A stretch of DNA of 64,000 bases, from assembly GCA_001898165.1 (NCBI GenBank), contig MKTD01000003.1:58214-122213 (forward strand), read 5' to 3'. Shown piece after piece: positions 36,894 through 46,692 of this stretch (position 1 is the first letter of the stretch; each line of letters starts with the position of its first letter). Origin of the DNA: Bacteroidia bacterium 43-41 (lineage in GTDB: Bacteria > Bacteroidota > Bacteroidia > Bacteroidales > Dysgonomonadaceae). The position numbers and the translations under genes were made by a program. Below the pieces are notes generated by a model. It searched no databases and was not told the DNA's origin. It saw only the letters and a list, made by a program, of their open reading frames with translations.

Positions 36894-37742
36894 TCAGAGG
36901 AGAGGCATCACCATGATCCCCGTACACGATTTTTGCACCTTGCAATAATCGCTCAAGGTCTTTTCATCGATCACCACTTTGTTTTTCGCGCTCGATGCGT
37001 GGATAAAAGTCAGTTTCCCGTTCTTTTTATAGGCAAATCCCGTATGTGTGGTATCCAACCCTTTCACGGAAGTGGTAAAGGCGATCATCGCCATGTGCGG
37101 GATTTCTGCAGCCTTCGACGTTATTTTTTCTTTAGGAAGATAGTAAAATCCTTTTCTTGCGTTTATTTCATCTTCAATATTCCTGATTCTTTCGAGCATT
37201 GCGTCATCGGTTTTCAAGGCGTTGTAAGCAGAGCGATGCGACGTCATAAAATCGATGCTTTTCGTTTCAATAACTCCGCCCAACTGCCGGCTTATTGCCG
37301 ATAAGATTTTCTTTTTCACGTTGTTGTCCGCCCAATCGGAAATATAGTGCAAACGGGAATCATAACCATCGATAACGCCGTCCCGATACCTGATTTGCTT
37401 CAAGTTCGATGCAAAATTACCAAACGATAAATCGTCCGAAGCAGCAGTATTGGCAAGGGCAATAACTGTTTCCACAAAAGTAACACAATCGAATTCCCGT
37501 AAATTTATTACCAGCCTCTCGGTATCGTTTTTGTCCAACGTGCCGGCAACATAAGGTTTGTCGAGAAAAAATCCTGCTGTCTTTTCTAAGATCAACTCTT
37601 TGGGCTTTGACCGGAAAGGTTCTATGAACGTTGTGTATTTTTCGAAAATCACGTTGTCCTCCACCTCACTATCGACAGGCTGAGAAAAAACCGTGACGGC
37701 GAAAAAACACCCCATTAAAAGAAAGCTTATTCTATTTTTCAT
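36894..37742 (-). CDS. DUF1460-family secreted protein (amidase/transglutaminase-like fold, function unknown)
   Basis: Signal peptide MKNRISFLLMGCFFAVTVFSQ, then ...REFDCVTFVETVIALA...HTGFAY. The ATG at 37742 is chosen because the longer ORF would overlap ung. Confidence 0.6.
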   Translation of the reverse strand: MKNRISFLLMGCFFAVTVFSQPVDSEVEDNVIFEKYTTFIEPFRSKPKELILEKTAGFFLDKPYVAGTLDKNDTERLVINLREFDCVTFVETVIALANTAASDDLSFGNFASNLKQIRYRDGVIDGYDSRLHYISDWADNNVKKKILSAISRQLGGVIETKSIDFMTSHRSAYNALKTDDAMLERIRNIEDEINARKGFYYLPKEKITSKAAEIPHMAMIAFTTSVKGLDTTHTGFAYKKNGKLTFIHASSAKNKVVIDEKTLSDYCKVQKSCTGIMVMPLL

Positions 37743-37752
37743 TTTTTTAAAG

Positions 37753-38415
37753 TTACCAATCGATGGGAGAAATACCGTTTGCCAGCAAATAAGCATTCGC
37801 CCTGCTAAAATGTTTGTTACCAAAGAATCCCCGATGTGCAGACAATGGCGAAGGGTGTGGCGATTTCAACACAAGATGTCTATTCGCATCAATATTTTCT
37901 CCTTTTCGCTGTGCGTAAGCGCCCCAAAGGAAGAAAACCAGGTTTTCACGTTCGTTGGCCAGGTGGTAAATAGCGGAATCGGTAAATTCTTCCCATCCTT
38001 TGTGTTGATGTGAACCTGCCTGGTGGGCGCGGACCGTAAGTGTGGCGTTCAACAAAAGAACTCCCTGCCTGCTCCATCTCTCCAGGTTCCCCGATGTGGG
38101 AACAGGCGTGCCTAAATCGTCGTGGATTTCTTTGTAAATATTTACCAGCGATGGCGGGATTTGTACTCCATCGTTCACTGAGAAGCATAATCCGTGAGCT
38201 TGACCGGGTTCGTGGTACGGATCCTGCCCAACAATAACTACTTTTACCCTATCGAATGGACATTGGTCGAAGGCATTGAAAATCAGCTTCGCAGGCGGAT
38301 AAATGGTTCGCGAGGAATACTCCTGGCGCACAAAATCAGTCAGCGATTTAAAATAGGGTTTTTCAAACTCATCGCTTAATCTTTGTTTCCAGCTCTCTTC
38401 AATTTTTACAGACAT
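37753..38415 (-). CDS. ung: Uracil-DNA glycosylase
   Basis: [22 protein letters not shown]...[11 protein letters not shown]...HPSPLSA are family-1 UDG motifs. Start at [13 protein letters not shown]. Confidence 0.93.
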   Translation of the reverse strand: MSVKIEESWKQRLSDEFEKPYFKSLTDFVRQEYSSRTIYPPAKLIFNAFDQCPFDRVKVVIVGQDPYHEPGQAHGLCFSVNDGVQIPPSLVNIYKEIHDDLGTPVPTSGNLERWSRQGVLLLNATLTVRAHQAGSHQHKGWEEFTDSAIYHLANERENLVFFLWGAYAQRKGENIDANRHLVLKSPHPSPLSAHRGFFGNKHFSRANAYLLANGISPIDW

Positions 38416-38563
38416 ATTGGTATTAAAGTTAGACTCTGCTCGCCACGGCATAGTTCAGATAAACTAGACTCTGCTCGTATGGCTTAACGCAATAGTCGGA
38501 TTTTGATGAGTAAAAGTATAAAAAAAAAGGCAGAAACAGGAATTTTCAATGAATTTTGGCAAA

Positions 38564-39601
38564 TTATATCAGGAAGATATCGTTTTCGGCCGCTTCTTTT
38601 CTCATCTCTTTCGACCAGATGCTTGCCTGTATCTCGCCGATATGCGCCTTACGCAAATAGTACATGCAGAGGCGTGACTGCCCTATTCCGCCGCCTATCG
38701 AAAGCGGAAGCTCATCATTGATCAATCGTTTGTGAAAAAATAAATTCAATTTTTCCTCCTGATTCTTGATTCTCAACTGCTTCTTCAATGCTTCCTTGTC
38801 CACGCGGATTCCCATTGATGACAGCTCCACTGCCCTTTCGAGCACGGAACTCCAGACGAGCAGGTCGCCGTTCAATCCCTCAAAACCTTCATCGTTGAGC
38901 GTTGTCCAGTCGTCATAATCGGCTGAGCGGCCATCGTGCGGTTCACCATCCGATAAATTACCTCCGATCCCCATAACAAAAATCGCCCCGCACTCTTTCG
39001 TTATCGCATCTTCACGTTCCTTTACCTCCAGGCCCGGATATTTTTGCAACAACTCTTCGGCGGAAATAAAGGTGATCTCGCGGGGAAGTTCAGGTTCTAA
39101 CTTGGGGAAAGCTTCGTGCACCAGGTATTCGGTACGGAGCATGGCGCTGTAAATTCGTTTTACAACATCTTTCAGAAAAGAGATATTCCTGTCTCCCTCA
39201 TCAATGACCATTTCCCAATCCCACTGATCAACGTAGAGTGAATGCAGGTTATCCAACTCTTCATCCGCACGGATGGCGTTCATGTCGGTATAAATGCCGT
39301 AACCCTTCTCTATCCCGTAATCGGCAAGGGTCATCCTTTTCCATTTTGCGAGGGAATGTACGATTTCGGCCACCGTGTCGTTCATGTCCCTGATGGGAAA
39401 GCTGACCGGCCGCTCTACCCCATTCAGGTCGTCGTTGATTCCGGTTCCTTTTTCCACAAAAAGTGGTGCGGTAACTCGCCGTAAACGTAGTTCCGATGCT
39501 AAGTTCTGCTGAAAGAAGTCTTTTATTTTTTTAATTCCAAGCTCTGTCTGACTTAGGTTTAGTAGCGGTTTATACCCTTTTGGAATAATCAGATTTGACA
39601 T
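38564..39601 (-). CDS. asnA: Aspartate-ammonia ligase (asparagine synthetase A)
   Basis: ELGIKKIKDFFQ...VTAPLFV...LYVDQWDWE...GGGIGQSRLCMYYL are AsnA signatures. The ATG at 39601 is consistent with the -7 box 27 nt upstream. Confidence 0.9.
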   Translation of the reverse strand: MSNLIIPKGYKPLLNLSQTELGIKKIKDFFQQNLASELRLRRVTAPLFVEKGTGINDDLNGVERPVSFPIRDMNDTVAEIVHSLAKWKRMTLADYGIEKGYGIYTDMNAIRADEELDNLHSLYVDQWDWEMVIDEGDRNISFLKDVVKRIYSAMLRTEYLVHEAFPKLEPELPREITFISAEELLQKYPGLEVKEREDAITKECGAIFVMGIGGNLSDGEPHDGRSADYDDWTTLNDEGFEGLNGDLLVWSSVLERAVELSSMGIRVDKEALKKQLRIKNQEEKLNLFFHKRLINDELPLSIGGGIGQSRLCMYYLRKAHIGEIQASIWSKEMRKEAAENDIFLI

Positions 39602-39628
39602 TTTGTACCGTTTTGATGTAATAATCCG

Positions 39629-39636
39629 CAAAGATA
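39629..39636 (-). promoter_or_regulatory. -7 box TATCTTTG upstream of asnA
   Basis: TATCTTTG on the minus strand. It lies inside the rejected 5' extension of the asnA ORF. Confidence 0.4.
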
Positions 39637-39719
39637 CATCAATTATTCAATTTGTCAAATATTTTCAGAATAAATACTCATTTTGACAAATTATCGAATA
39701 AAATAAAATCAAAAATATA

Positions 39720-40631
39720 TCAAACCTCAAGTTTCCCTATTATTTCGCTGACTGACTTTATATTATGCCTGTCCATGTAACCGGTAATCCCGTCTACCAC
39801 CTTCATGGAGATCGCAGGATCGATAAAGTTGTAGGTTCCGATTTGTATGGCAGTTGATCCGGCAAGCATAAATTCAATAGCGTCGGCGGCATTTGAAATC
39901 CCGCCCATCCCGATAATCGGTATTTTCACGGCGTTATACACTTGCCACACCATTCGCAATGCAATGGGCTTGATGCACGGACCCGACAGCCCTCCGGTTA
40001 CGGTGGAGAGTTTGGGCTTTCTTGTCTCCGCATCAACGGCCATTCCCAGGAATGTATTTACCAGCGAAACAGAATCGGCCCCTTCATCTTCAACTGCTCT
40101 TGCAATGCCGGCTATATCGGTGACGTTGGGCGATAATTTCACAATCAGCGTCTTGCGATAAACTTTGCGAACCGCCCTGGTCACGTTTGCAGCCGACTGG
40201 CACGAAGTACCGAAAGCCATTCCGCCCTCTCTGATGTTGGGGCAGGAAATGTTCAGCTCAATGGCCGGGACTTTATCCAAATCGGCAATCCTCTCGGAGC
40301 ATTTCACATAATCTTCTACGGTTGATCCCGATACGTTGACAATAATGCGGGTATTGTAGTCTTTTATTTTGGGATAAATATGTTCGGCAAAATAGTTTAC
40401 CCCTTTGTTTTGTAACCCGACGGAGTTAAGCATCCCCGAAGGAGTTTCAGCCATTCTCGGGTAGTCATTGCCTTGCCTCGGCTCCAACGTTGTTCCCTTT
40501 ACAAAAATGCCTCCCAACCGGTTTAAATCGATAAAATCAGCATATTCCGTTCCGTAACCGAAAGTTCCTGATGCTGTAGTTACCGGGTTTTGCAACTCCA
40601 GGCTTCCAATATTTACTTTTAATCTATCCAT
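39720..40631 (-). CDS. pyrD: Dihydroorotate dehydrogenase, class 1B catalytic subunit
   Basis: [13 protein letters not shown]...IELNISCPN...[15 protein letters not shown]...IIGMGGI. Confidence 0.93.
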   Translation of the reverse strand: MDRLKVNIGSLELQNPVTTASGTFGYGTEYADFIDLNRLGGIFVKGTTLEPRQGNDYPRMAETPSGMLNSVGLQNKGVNYFAEHIYPKIKDYNTRIIVNVSGSTVEDYVKCSERIADLDKVPAIELNISCPNIREGGMAFGTSCQSAANVTRAVRKVYRKTLIVKLSPNVTDIAGIARAVEDEGADSVSLVNTFLGMAVDAETRKPKLSTVTGGLSGPCIKPIALRMVWQVYNAVKIPIIGMGGISNAADAIEFMLAGSTAIQIGTYNFIDPAISMKVVDGITGYMDRHNIKSVSEIIGKLEV

Positions 40632-41392
40632 GTGAGTTCGTTGATGTTAAAAACGGGTCCATCGGTGCAGGAGCAAAGGTTTCCTCTTGTTGTTTTTTCG
40701 ATACAGCACAAACAAGCTCCGAAACCGCACGCCATAAGATTTTCCAATGATACTTCACATCCGGTTTTATTTGAGTGTGCATATTTGGCTACTGCCACCA
40801 TCATGGGTTTGGGCCCGCAAGTGTAAATGAAGTCATATCTGCTTTTCTGAAGAACGGAGTGATGAGTTACGAATCCTTTTTCGCCCAACGATCCATCTTC
40901 AGTAGTACAGTAAACTGTTCCCAGCGCCTCAAAGTCGCTCAATTGCAGGATGTCTCTCTGCGAACGTCCGCCCAGCAAAAAATCGGGAGAAAATCCCTTT
41001 TCTCTGAGTTTCTTACCCAGAAAAAGCATAGGTGCAGCGCCTACTCCTCCACCTACGAGCAAGAATTTACCCTCTTCCTGTGGAATGGAGAAAGAGTTTC
41101 CCAGCGGAAAAATAATGTTCAATGTTTCTCCTGCCGGTGTTTCACATATTTTCCGGGTCCCTTCGCCAACGCGTTGAACCAAAAGCCACATTTCATTCTT
41201 TTCCTTATCAACCAGGTTGATGGATATAGGCCTTCGAAGAAATACGTTGCCCGAATTGTTTACTAAAATCTGAACAAATTGTCCCGGAGACATCTCGGGC
41301 AATGTTCCATTATCTGCCGGAGTAACCTTGATCAGGTTATTCTGGTAATTCAGTTGTTCGTTTGAGCGAACAGTGAAATCGAGTACTTTCAT
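40619..41392 (-). CDS. pyrK: Dihydroorotate dehydrogenase electron-transfer subunit (FAD, 2Fe-2S)
   Basis: RRPISI FAD-binding motif, [11 protein letters not shown](P)-type motif, and the C-terminal cluster [13 protein letters not shown]...CSCTDGPVF. It overlaps pyrD by 13 nt. Confidence 0.85.
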   Translation of the reverse strand: MKVLDFTVRSNEQLNYQNNLIKVTPADNGTLPEMSPGQFVQILVNNSGNVFLRRPISINLVDKEKNEMWLLVQRVGEGTRKICETPAGETLNIIFPLGNSFSIPQEEGKFLLVGGGVGAAPMLFLGKKLREKGFSPDFLLGGRSQRDILQLSDFEALGTVYCTTEDGSLGEKGFVTHHSVLQKSRYDFIYTCGPKPMMVAVAKYAHSNKTGCEVSLENLMACGFGACLCCIEKTTRGNLCSCTDGPVFNINELTWID

Positions 41393-41439
41393 CGGTGAAA
41401 ACTTTATAGGGTACAAATTTACACTATAATTTTCAATTC

Positions 41440-42807
41440 TTACGCAGGAGTGTCCATATCATTTCCTTTCCTTTCTTTTGCCGAAATGTTATTTTTGAAA
41501 ATAAGATAAAAAAGCAGCCCGACGATCAAGAGCGCTACTCCTGATAAAGCACCTTTGCCGGTATGAGATAAGCTCGAATAGAGCAGATATGCACAAAACA
41601 GAATGAATAGAACAGGGGTGACCGGGTAGAGCGGGACTTTGAACGGCCTTGGCACATCAGGCATCGTTATCCGCAGTACAATCAGGCTGATGCCGGTACA
41701 TAAGAAGAAAAACCAAAATACAGGAGCTGTGAACTCCACCATAGCTTCAAATCCACTTCGGGTAAATGCTCCGAAGATGATGAGCAAAGCAGCAATCCCC
41801 CCTTGCAACAAGAGTGCATTTACCGGTGCGGATCTCTTGCCGTTCCACCTCCCGAGAGGGGCAAACAGGCTGAAATCCCTCCCCAGCGCATAACTTGACC
41901 TTGCTCCCGTGAAAATAGTTGTATTCAAGGATGTTAAAGCAGACAACGATACCAGCGTACCTATTAAAACAACGCCCTTTTTCCCAAGTGTAACCCGCAT
42001 CATATCCACACCCACAGCATCGGACACAGCCATTTCCCGGAGCCCCAGCACATTCAAAAAAGCCATATTTATAAGAACGTACACCAACGTTATGATCAAA
42101 ATGCTTACGAGCAGTACAAATACCATATTCTTACTGCCGGACTTTAGTTCCGATGAGATATAAGCGGCTTCGTTCCATCCGCCGAAGGTCAGTAATACGA
42201 AGATAAGGGCCAGGCTAAGCGTCGGAAAAAGAGATGATGATGGCGCAGGCTCTTGAGATACTGCCAGTGAGGTATGGGGCTCTACAAAGAAACCCACAGC
42301 GATAATTATCAGTATCCCGGCAAACTGCAACGCCGTCAGAAGCTTTTGGAGGCCTGTCCCGAATTGAATTCCCAAAACATTTATCAGGGTGAGGGCAACC
42401 ACGACCCAAATAGCATAAAAAGAGGCTGAATATTCCCCAAGCGAAAGCAATTGTGACATATAATCCCCGGCAATATAAGCCAGCAAGGCGATGGAGCCCG
42501 TTTGAATAACCGCAATACGCGCCCAGACAAACAAGAAAGAAAATCCTTTGCCGAACGCCGTTTTTAAAAAATGATAATCGCCCCCGGCACTGGGAAAGGC
42601 TGAACTCAGTTCCGAATAACAAAGCGCTCCGATGAAGGAGATCAGCCCACCCATCACCCAGACGCTCAAAAACCAAAACCGGCCGGGCGTGTTTGCTGCA
42701 ACCACCGAAGGTGTCCTGAAAATTCCGGCGCCGATCACAATGCCTATAACAAGTACAACAGCATCGATGAGGCGCAATACAGGTTTGGGAATATTGTTAT
42801 CTGCCAT
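41440..42807 (-). CDS. APC-superfamily amino acid permease
   Basis: 455 aa with about 12 TM segments. IGIVIGAGIFRTPSVVA...GALCYSELSSAFPSAGGDYHF is typical of APC transporters. Substrate unknown. Confidence 0.8.
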   Translation of the reverse strand: MADNNIPKPVLRLIDAVVLVIGIVIGAGIFRTPSVVAANTPGRFWFLSVWVMGGLISFIGALCYSELSSAFPSAGGDYHFLKTAFGKGFSFLFVWARIAVIQTGSIALLAYIAGDYMSQLLSLGEYSASFYAIWVVVALTLINVLGIQFGTGLQKLLTALQFAGILIIIAVGFFVEPHTSLAVSQEPAPSSSLFPTLSLALIFVLLTFGGWNEAAYISSELKSGSKNMVFVLLVSILIITLVYVLINMAFLNVLGLREMAVSDAVGVDMMRVTLGKKGVVLIGTLVSLSALTSLNTTIFTGARSSYALGRDFSLFAPLGRWNGKRSAPVNALLLQGGIAALLIIFGAFTRSGFEAMVEFTAPVFWFFFLCTGISLIVLRITMPDVPRPFKVPLYPVTPVLFILFCAYLLYSSLSHTGKGALSGVALLIVGLLFYLIFKNNISAKERKGNDMDTPA

Positions 42808-42923
42808 GATATTTACGTTATTTCAAATACCTGATCAGTAATCACAAAACCCAAAGTTACAAATAATTAAATGTAATTCACAACCTATTTCCGGATGTTT
42901 TCCATGTTGTATATGAACCTCTA

Positions 42924-43382
42924 TTATTTAACCGGCTGGGGGATAAAAGTCTCAAATGTGTTGTCGTCGTAATAAATAATTATCTGACTGATTTTTCTAT
43001 CGTTACTCTTTTGAACTTCAATAATCTTATTTTCAACTACCTGAGTACTTTTTTCGGGCTTTTTAACCTCAATTCCTTCCGATTTTACAACAACTTCTTT
43101 CTCCTGGGGTGTTGTAGCCGGGCCCTGACTGAACAGATCGTGCTCTTTGGGTATCGAATCCATATCGAATCCATTTTTATACATTTGCCCGGAACCATTT
43201 ATCAACCATTCGGTATTGATGTATGGCATTTCCAATAGAATTTTGGAAACAACATCAAGGCTGGGGTTGTTCCTTCCATTTAAAATATGAGAAATATTGG
43301 CCCGGTTGATCTGAATTCTATCAGCAAATTTTGCCGGGGACAAATTTTCGTTTTCCATTATTTGTCTGATTCGTTCCCTCAT
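42924..43382 (-). CDS. XRE-family helix-turn-helix protein
   Basis: The N-terminal HTH (LSPAKFADRIQINRANISHILNGRNNPSLDVVSKIL) is followed by a low-complexity linker and a small C-terminal domain. Confidence 0.7.
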   Translation of the reverse strand: MRERIRQIMENENLSPAKFADRIQINRANISHILNGRNNPSLDVVSKILLEMPYINTEWLINGSGQMYKNGFDMDSIPKEHDLFSQGPATTPQEKEVVVKSEGIEVKKPEKSTQVVENKIIEVQKSNDRKISQIIIYYDDNTFETFIPQPVK

Positions 43383-44301
43383 GATGCAAGAATATAAATG
43401 ATGAATAAATATTCAATATTTAATTTCAATACAAATGTATAAAACAATAATTACAAATAGAAATTATTATAAGATATATTTGTTAATTACAAAGGTATCC
43501 ATTCAGTATACAATTGTATTTTAAAAAGTAGCAGCAATTGTTAAAAATCAAACTACATCAAAAACTTAAACTTTATAATAAGCATGTATCTATATGATAT
43601 ATAATAATATAAATAACAGAATAGATGGATATTTAACTGTTTGTCCTTGTTTTTCGAACCGAAGTCGGTGTAAATCTGATTTATAAATTCTATAATACAT
43701 AATAATATACTGATTAATAGATATATATGTGTTAAAATATACTGAATATGTATTTGTTAAAAGGGAGAGATAAACAAATGTTCCATAATTGGATATATTT
43801 GTATCTTACCAGACGGCAGTCACATTTGTTATTTCCCATTGTCGCAATATACAAAAGTAAACTAACTTTGTACATCCTGTCTTTTGTAATTATACAACGA
43901 CTGCTGAAAATTTATTTATATTGTGCTGTGAATTTCCGGTATGTTACAAATAATGCTCATGAAAGCCGCGGATAATCCATAAAACTTACCGGAATCCCGC
44001 TAAAAACAAAAATTTAAAGGCTACTCCCATGTCTCAAAAAAATAGTTGATTCTCGTGCGCTTTAAAATGTTATATTCTTATTGATTATTAGTGCTTTGAT
44101 GTAACAAATCAATGCAGAGAAAAGTGGTCGGATAAAATTATGAGGGTAAAAAAGGAAAAAAACGGAGAAAAATGCTTTAATTTGTGAAACTTTAGGAGAC
44201 CATTTTGCTATTCAAAAAGAATTATTTTTTAAGAGAGTTCTTTCTTGTTTTGGCGATAATAGCGAGGAAAAAATTTAAACAGTTTTTAAACACATAAAGA
44301 A
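43383..44301. other. ~920-bp strongly AT-rich non-coding region
   Basis: No ORF with protein-like composition; the only >=60-aa ORF (43748-43975) looks spurious. By eye the region is far more AT-rich than all flanking genes (not computed). It contains repeated words: TAATTACAAA x3, AATATACTGA x2, and the palindrome ATACAATTGTAT. Confidence 0.7.
44272..44290 (+). repeat. Degenerate core copy (AATTTAAACAGTTTTTAAA)
   Basis: Shares AATTTAAACAGTTT (14 nt) with 18091-18104. It ends 11 nt before the gpx ATG. Confidence 0.4.
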
Positions 44302-44832
44302 ATGAAAAAAGGGATAATTTCAGTTTTACTGTCTGTTGTTGTTTTATTTGCATATGCGCAGAACGATAAACAAAAAAATCTATACGATTTCAAAGTTACT
44401 GATATCGATGGGAAGGAATTCGATATGGCACAGCTTAAAGGAAAAAAAGTTATGATCGTCAACGTTGCGTCAAAATGCGGGCTGACTCCGCAATACGAAC
44501 AACTTCAGGAGTTGTACGAAGAGTATAAAGACACTGGCTTTGTTATCATTGGATTTCCGGCGAACAACTTCAAAGATCAGGAACCCGGCTCCAACAAAGA
44601 AATAAAAGAGTTTTGCACCCTGAATTACGGCGTAACTTTTCCGATGATGGAAAAGGTAAGTGTGGCCGGAGATGATCAGGCTCCTATTTATAAGTGGTTG
44701 ACAAAAGAACAGGAAGTTACTTGGAACTTTCAAAAATTTCTGATTGACGAGAACGGAAATTTGGTGAATATTGTGATGCCTAAAGAAAGTCCCAAAAGCG
44801 AAGTTATTCTCAATTGGCTGACAAAAAATTAG
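44302..44832 (+). CDS. gpx: Glutathione peroxidase (Cys-type)
   Basis: KVMIVNVASKCGLTPQYEQLQELY...FPANNFKDQEPG...WNFQKFLID. The active-site residue is encoded by TGC (Cys), not TGA. Confidence 0.9.
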   Translation: MKKGIISVLLSVVVLFAYAQNDKQKNLYDFKVTDIDGKEFDMAQLKGKKVMIVNVASKCGLTPQYEQLQELYEEYKDTGFVIIGFPANNFKDQEPGSNKEIKEFCTLNYGVTFPMMEKVSVAGDDQAPIYKWLTKEQEVTWNFQKFLIDENGNLVNIVMPKESPKSEVILNWLTKN

Positions 44833-45845
44833 TGCATTATTTTGTAAACCAATTCTTTAAGTAATTCACCAGGCGAAGCCGAAATATTATCAATTCCTTT
44901 GGATTTACCATCGAAAATACGTAAGTATGTGATGATTTCCATTACTTTGGAAGCATTGTAATTTCGCAAACCGCTCATATAATCGCGAGCAAAAAATGAC
45001 GATCTCAGGTTAAGCGCCGACATTACGTTTTGCTCGCTTTTTTGCGGTAACCAGAAGCACTCCAACAGATTGCTGAAGTAGCTGAACAAAACGGTCAAGG
45101 TTACAACGCCGGGGTTATCTTTCTGATTTTTACCAAAATGATCCACAATCGCATTGGCTTTCAGAATATTTTTTTCAGCTATCGCTTTCAGCAATTCAAA
45201 ATTGTTGTAATCTTTACTGACGCCCACGTTTTTTTCAATAAGCTCCGAAGTAATCGTGTTAGAGCCTTCGGGAAGGGAAACTTCCAATTTCTGGAGTTGC
45301 TGGATAAGTTTACTGATATCGTTCCCGACAAAATCGGTAATCATCTGGGACGATTTTTCATCGATCCTGATGTTTCTTTCTGAAAAATAGTTTTTTATAA
45401 ACGACGGAATCTGGTTTTCGTACAACTTCTTCGACTCAAATACCACCCCCCCGTTCTTCTCAATATTCTTCACCAAAGCTTTTCTTTTATCTACCGTACC
45501 GTGTTTGTAGTTAATAACCAGGACCGTACTTTTCAACGGATTTTTAGCGTAATAGTCCAACAGTTCAAACTTATTGAGTTCTTGCGCTTCTTTTACAACA
45601 ATAAGCAGATATTCAGCCATCATTGGAAAACGCCGTGCCGCAGCCACGATAGTATTCACATCGGAATCCACACCGTAAAAAGTGAGCATGTTGAAATCTT
45701 TTTCCGTTTCCGTCAGTACTTTCTCCAATAACAGTTCTGTCAATTGATCTATAAAATACGCTTCATCCCCCATCAATAAATAAATAGGAGCAAAATTCCG
45801 CTTGGAAATATCTTTTTTTAGTGAATCGAATGTAATGTTAGCCAT
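44829..45845 (-). CDS. holA: DNA polymerase III delta subunit
   Basis: FAPIYLLMGDEAYFIDQL... at the N-terminus, 338 aa, with HolA-like architecture. The call rests on weak family similarity only. Confidence 0.75.
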   Translation of the reverse strand: MANITFDSLKKDISKRNFAPIYLLMGDEAYFIDQLTELLLEKVLTETEKDFNMLTFYGVDSDVNTIVAAARRFPMMAEYLLIVVKEAQELNKFELLDYYAKNPLKSTVLVINYKHGTVDKRKALVKNIEKNGGVVFESKKLYENQIPSFIKNYFSERNIRIDEKSSQMITDFVGNDISKLIQQLQKLEVSLPEGSNTITSELIEKNVGVSKDYNNFELLKAIAEKNILKANAIVDHFGKNQKDNPGVVTLTVLFSYFSNLLECFWLPQKSEQNVMSALNLRSSFFARDYMSGLRNYNASKVMEIITYLRIFDGKSKGIDNISASPGELLKELVYKIMH

Positions 45846-45866
45846 AGAAATATATATTGTCGCATA

Positions 45867-46643
45867 TCACCAGTCAAACCGAAGATGTTTTACTGTTGAG
45901 CCCCTGTTGATCAGCGTTGTAAGCGATTTGATACCAATTTTAACATGTTCTTCCACGAAATTCTCGGTAATGATCTTATCGCTTTTATCGGTTTTAACGC
46001 CTGTAGAAATCATGGGTTGATCCGAGACCAGTAACAGGGCGCCCGTAGGAATGTGATTGGCAAAACCGCATGTGAACAACGTTGCGGTCTCCATATCCAC
46101 AGCCATCACACGCAATCTTCGCAGGTAATTTTTAAATTCATCGTCATATTCCCACACACGGCGGTTGGTAGTGTAAACTGTTCCTGTCCAGTAATCACGG
46201 CCAAAGTCCCTGATGTTCGACGAAACGGCACGTAAGAGGCTAAACGCCGGAAGAGAAGGCACTTCGGGCGGAAGATAATCGTTTGAGGTCCCTTCCCCAC
46301 GGATGGCAGCAATGGGTAAAATATAATCGCCGAGTTCGTTTTGCGCTTTTATTCCGCCACATTTTCCCAGAAACAATGCCGCAGTTGGAGATATCGCACT
46401 CAGTAAATCCATAATGGTAGCTGCATTGGCACTCCCCATGCCAAAATTAATGATTGTGACACCATCAGACGACGCGCTAGGCATATTGGCATCCAGCCCC
46501 ACGATAGGAACGTTGAAGTGAGTGGCAAAAATTTCGACATATTTTTGAAAATTGGTCAACAGGATAAATTTAGTAAAATCTTCCAATGGACGCTTCGTAT
46601 AACGTGGAAGCCAATTTTCGACAATTTCTTGTTTGGTTCTCAT
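45867..46643 (-). CDS. AMP nucleosidase-like nucleoside phosphorylase (short form)
   Basis: ENWLPRYTKRPLEDF...INFGMGSANAATIMDLL...GKCGG...AVDMETATLF shows the PNP/UDP-1 fold typical of AMP nucleosidase catalytic domains. Confidence 0.7.
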   Translation of the reverse strand: MRTKQEIVENWLPRYTKRPLEDFTKFILLTNFQKYVEIFATHFNVPIVGLDANMPSASSDGVTIINFGMGSANAATIMDLLSAISPTAALFLGKCGGIKAQNELGDYILPIAAIRGEGTSNDYLPPEVPSLPAFSLLRAVSSNIRDFGRDYWTGTVYTTNRRVWEYDDEFKNYLRRLRVMAVDMETATLFTCGFANHIPTGALLLVSDQPMISTGVKTDKSDKIITENFVEEHVKIGIKSLTTLINRGSTVKHLRFDW

Positions 46644-46680
46644 ATTTGATTTACTTTTGTCTGATCACTTTCCCGATGAA

Positions 46681-46688
46681 CAAAGATA
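46681..46688 (-). promoter_or_regulatory. -7 box TATCTTTG upstream of the AMP-nucleosidase-like gene
   Basis: TATCTTTG on the minus strand, 38 nt upstream of the ATG at 46643. Confidence 0.35.
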
Positions 46689-46692
46689 ATAT

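Noticed and set aside
43748-43975. 75-aa ORF inside the AT-rich gap
   Set aside because: The translation (MYLLKGRDKQMFHNWIYLYLTRRQSHLLF...) has the I/L/Y/K-rich composition expected from random AT-rich DNA. I see no recognisable motif and no promoter-start arrangement.
43383-44301. Chromosomal replication origin (oriC) in the AT-rich gap
   Set aside because: There is no perfect TTATCCACA box and only three 7/9 matches (about 43968, 43972 and 44126). There is no cluster of boxes, and no dnaA, dnaN or other typical flanking genes. AT-richness alone is not enough.
44461-44490. Selenocysteine recoding in glutathione peroxidase
   Set aside because: The active-site codon is TGC (Cys) in frame (NVASKCGLTP). 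There is no in-frame TGA.
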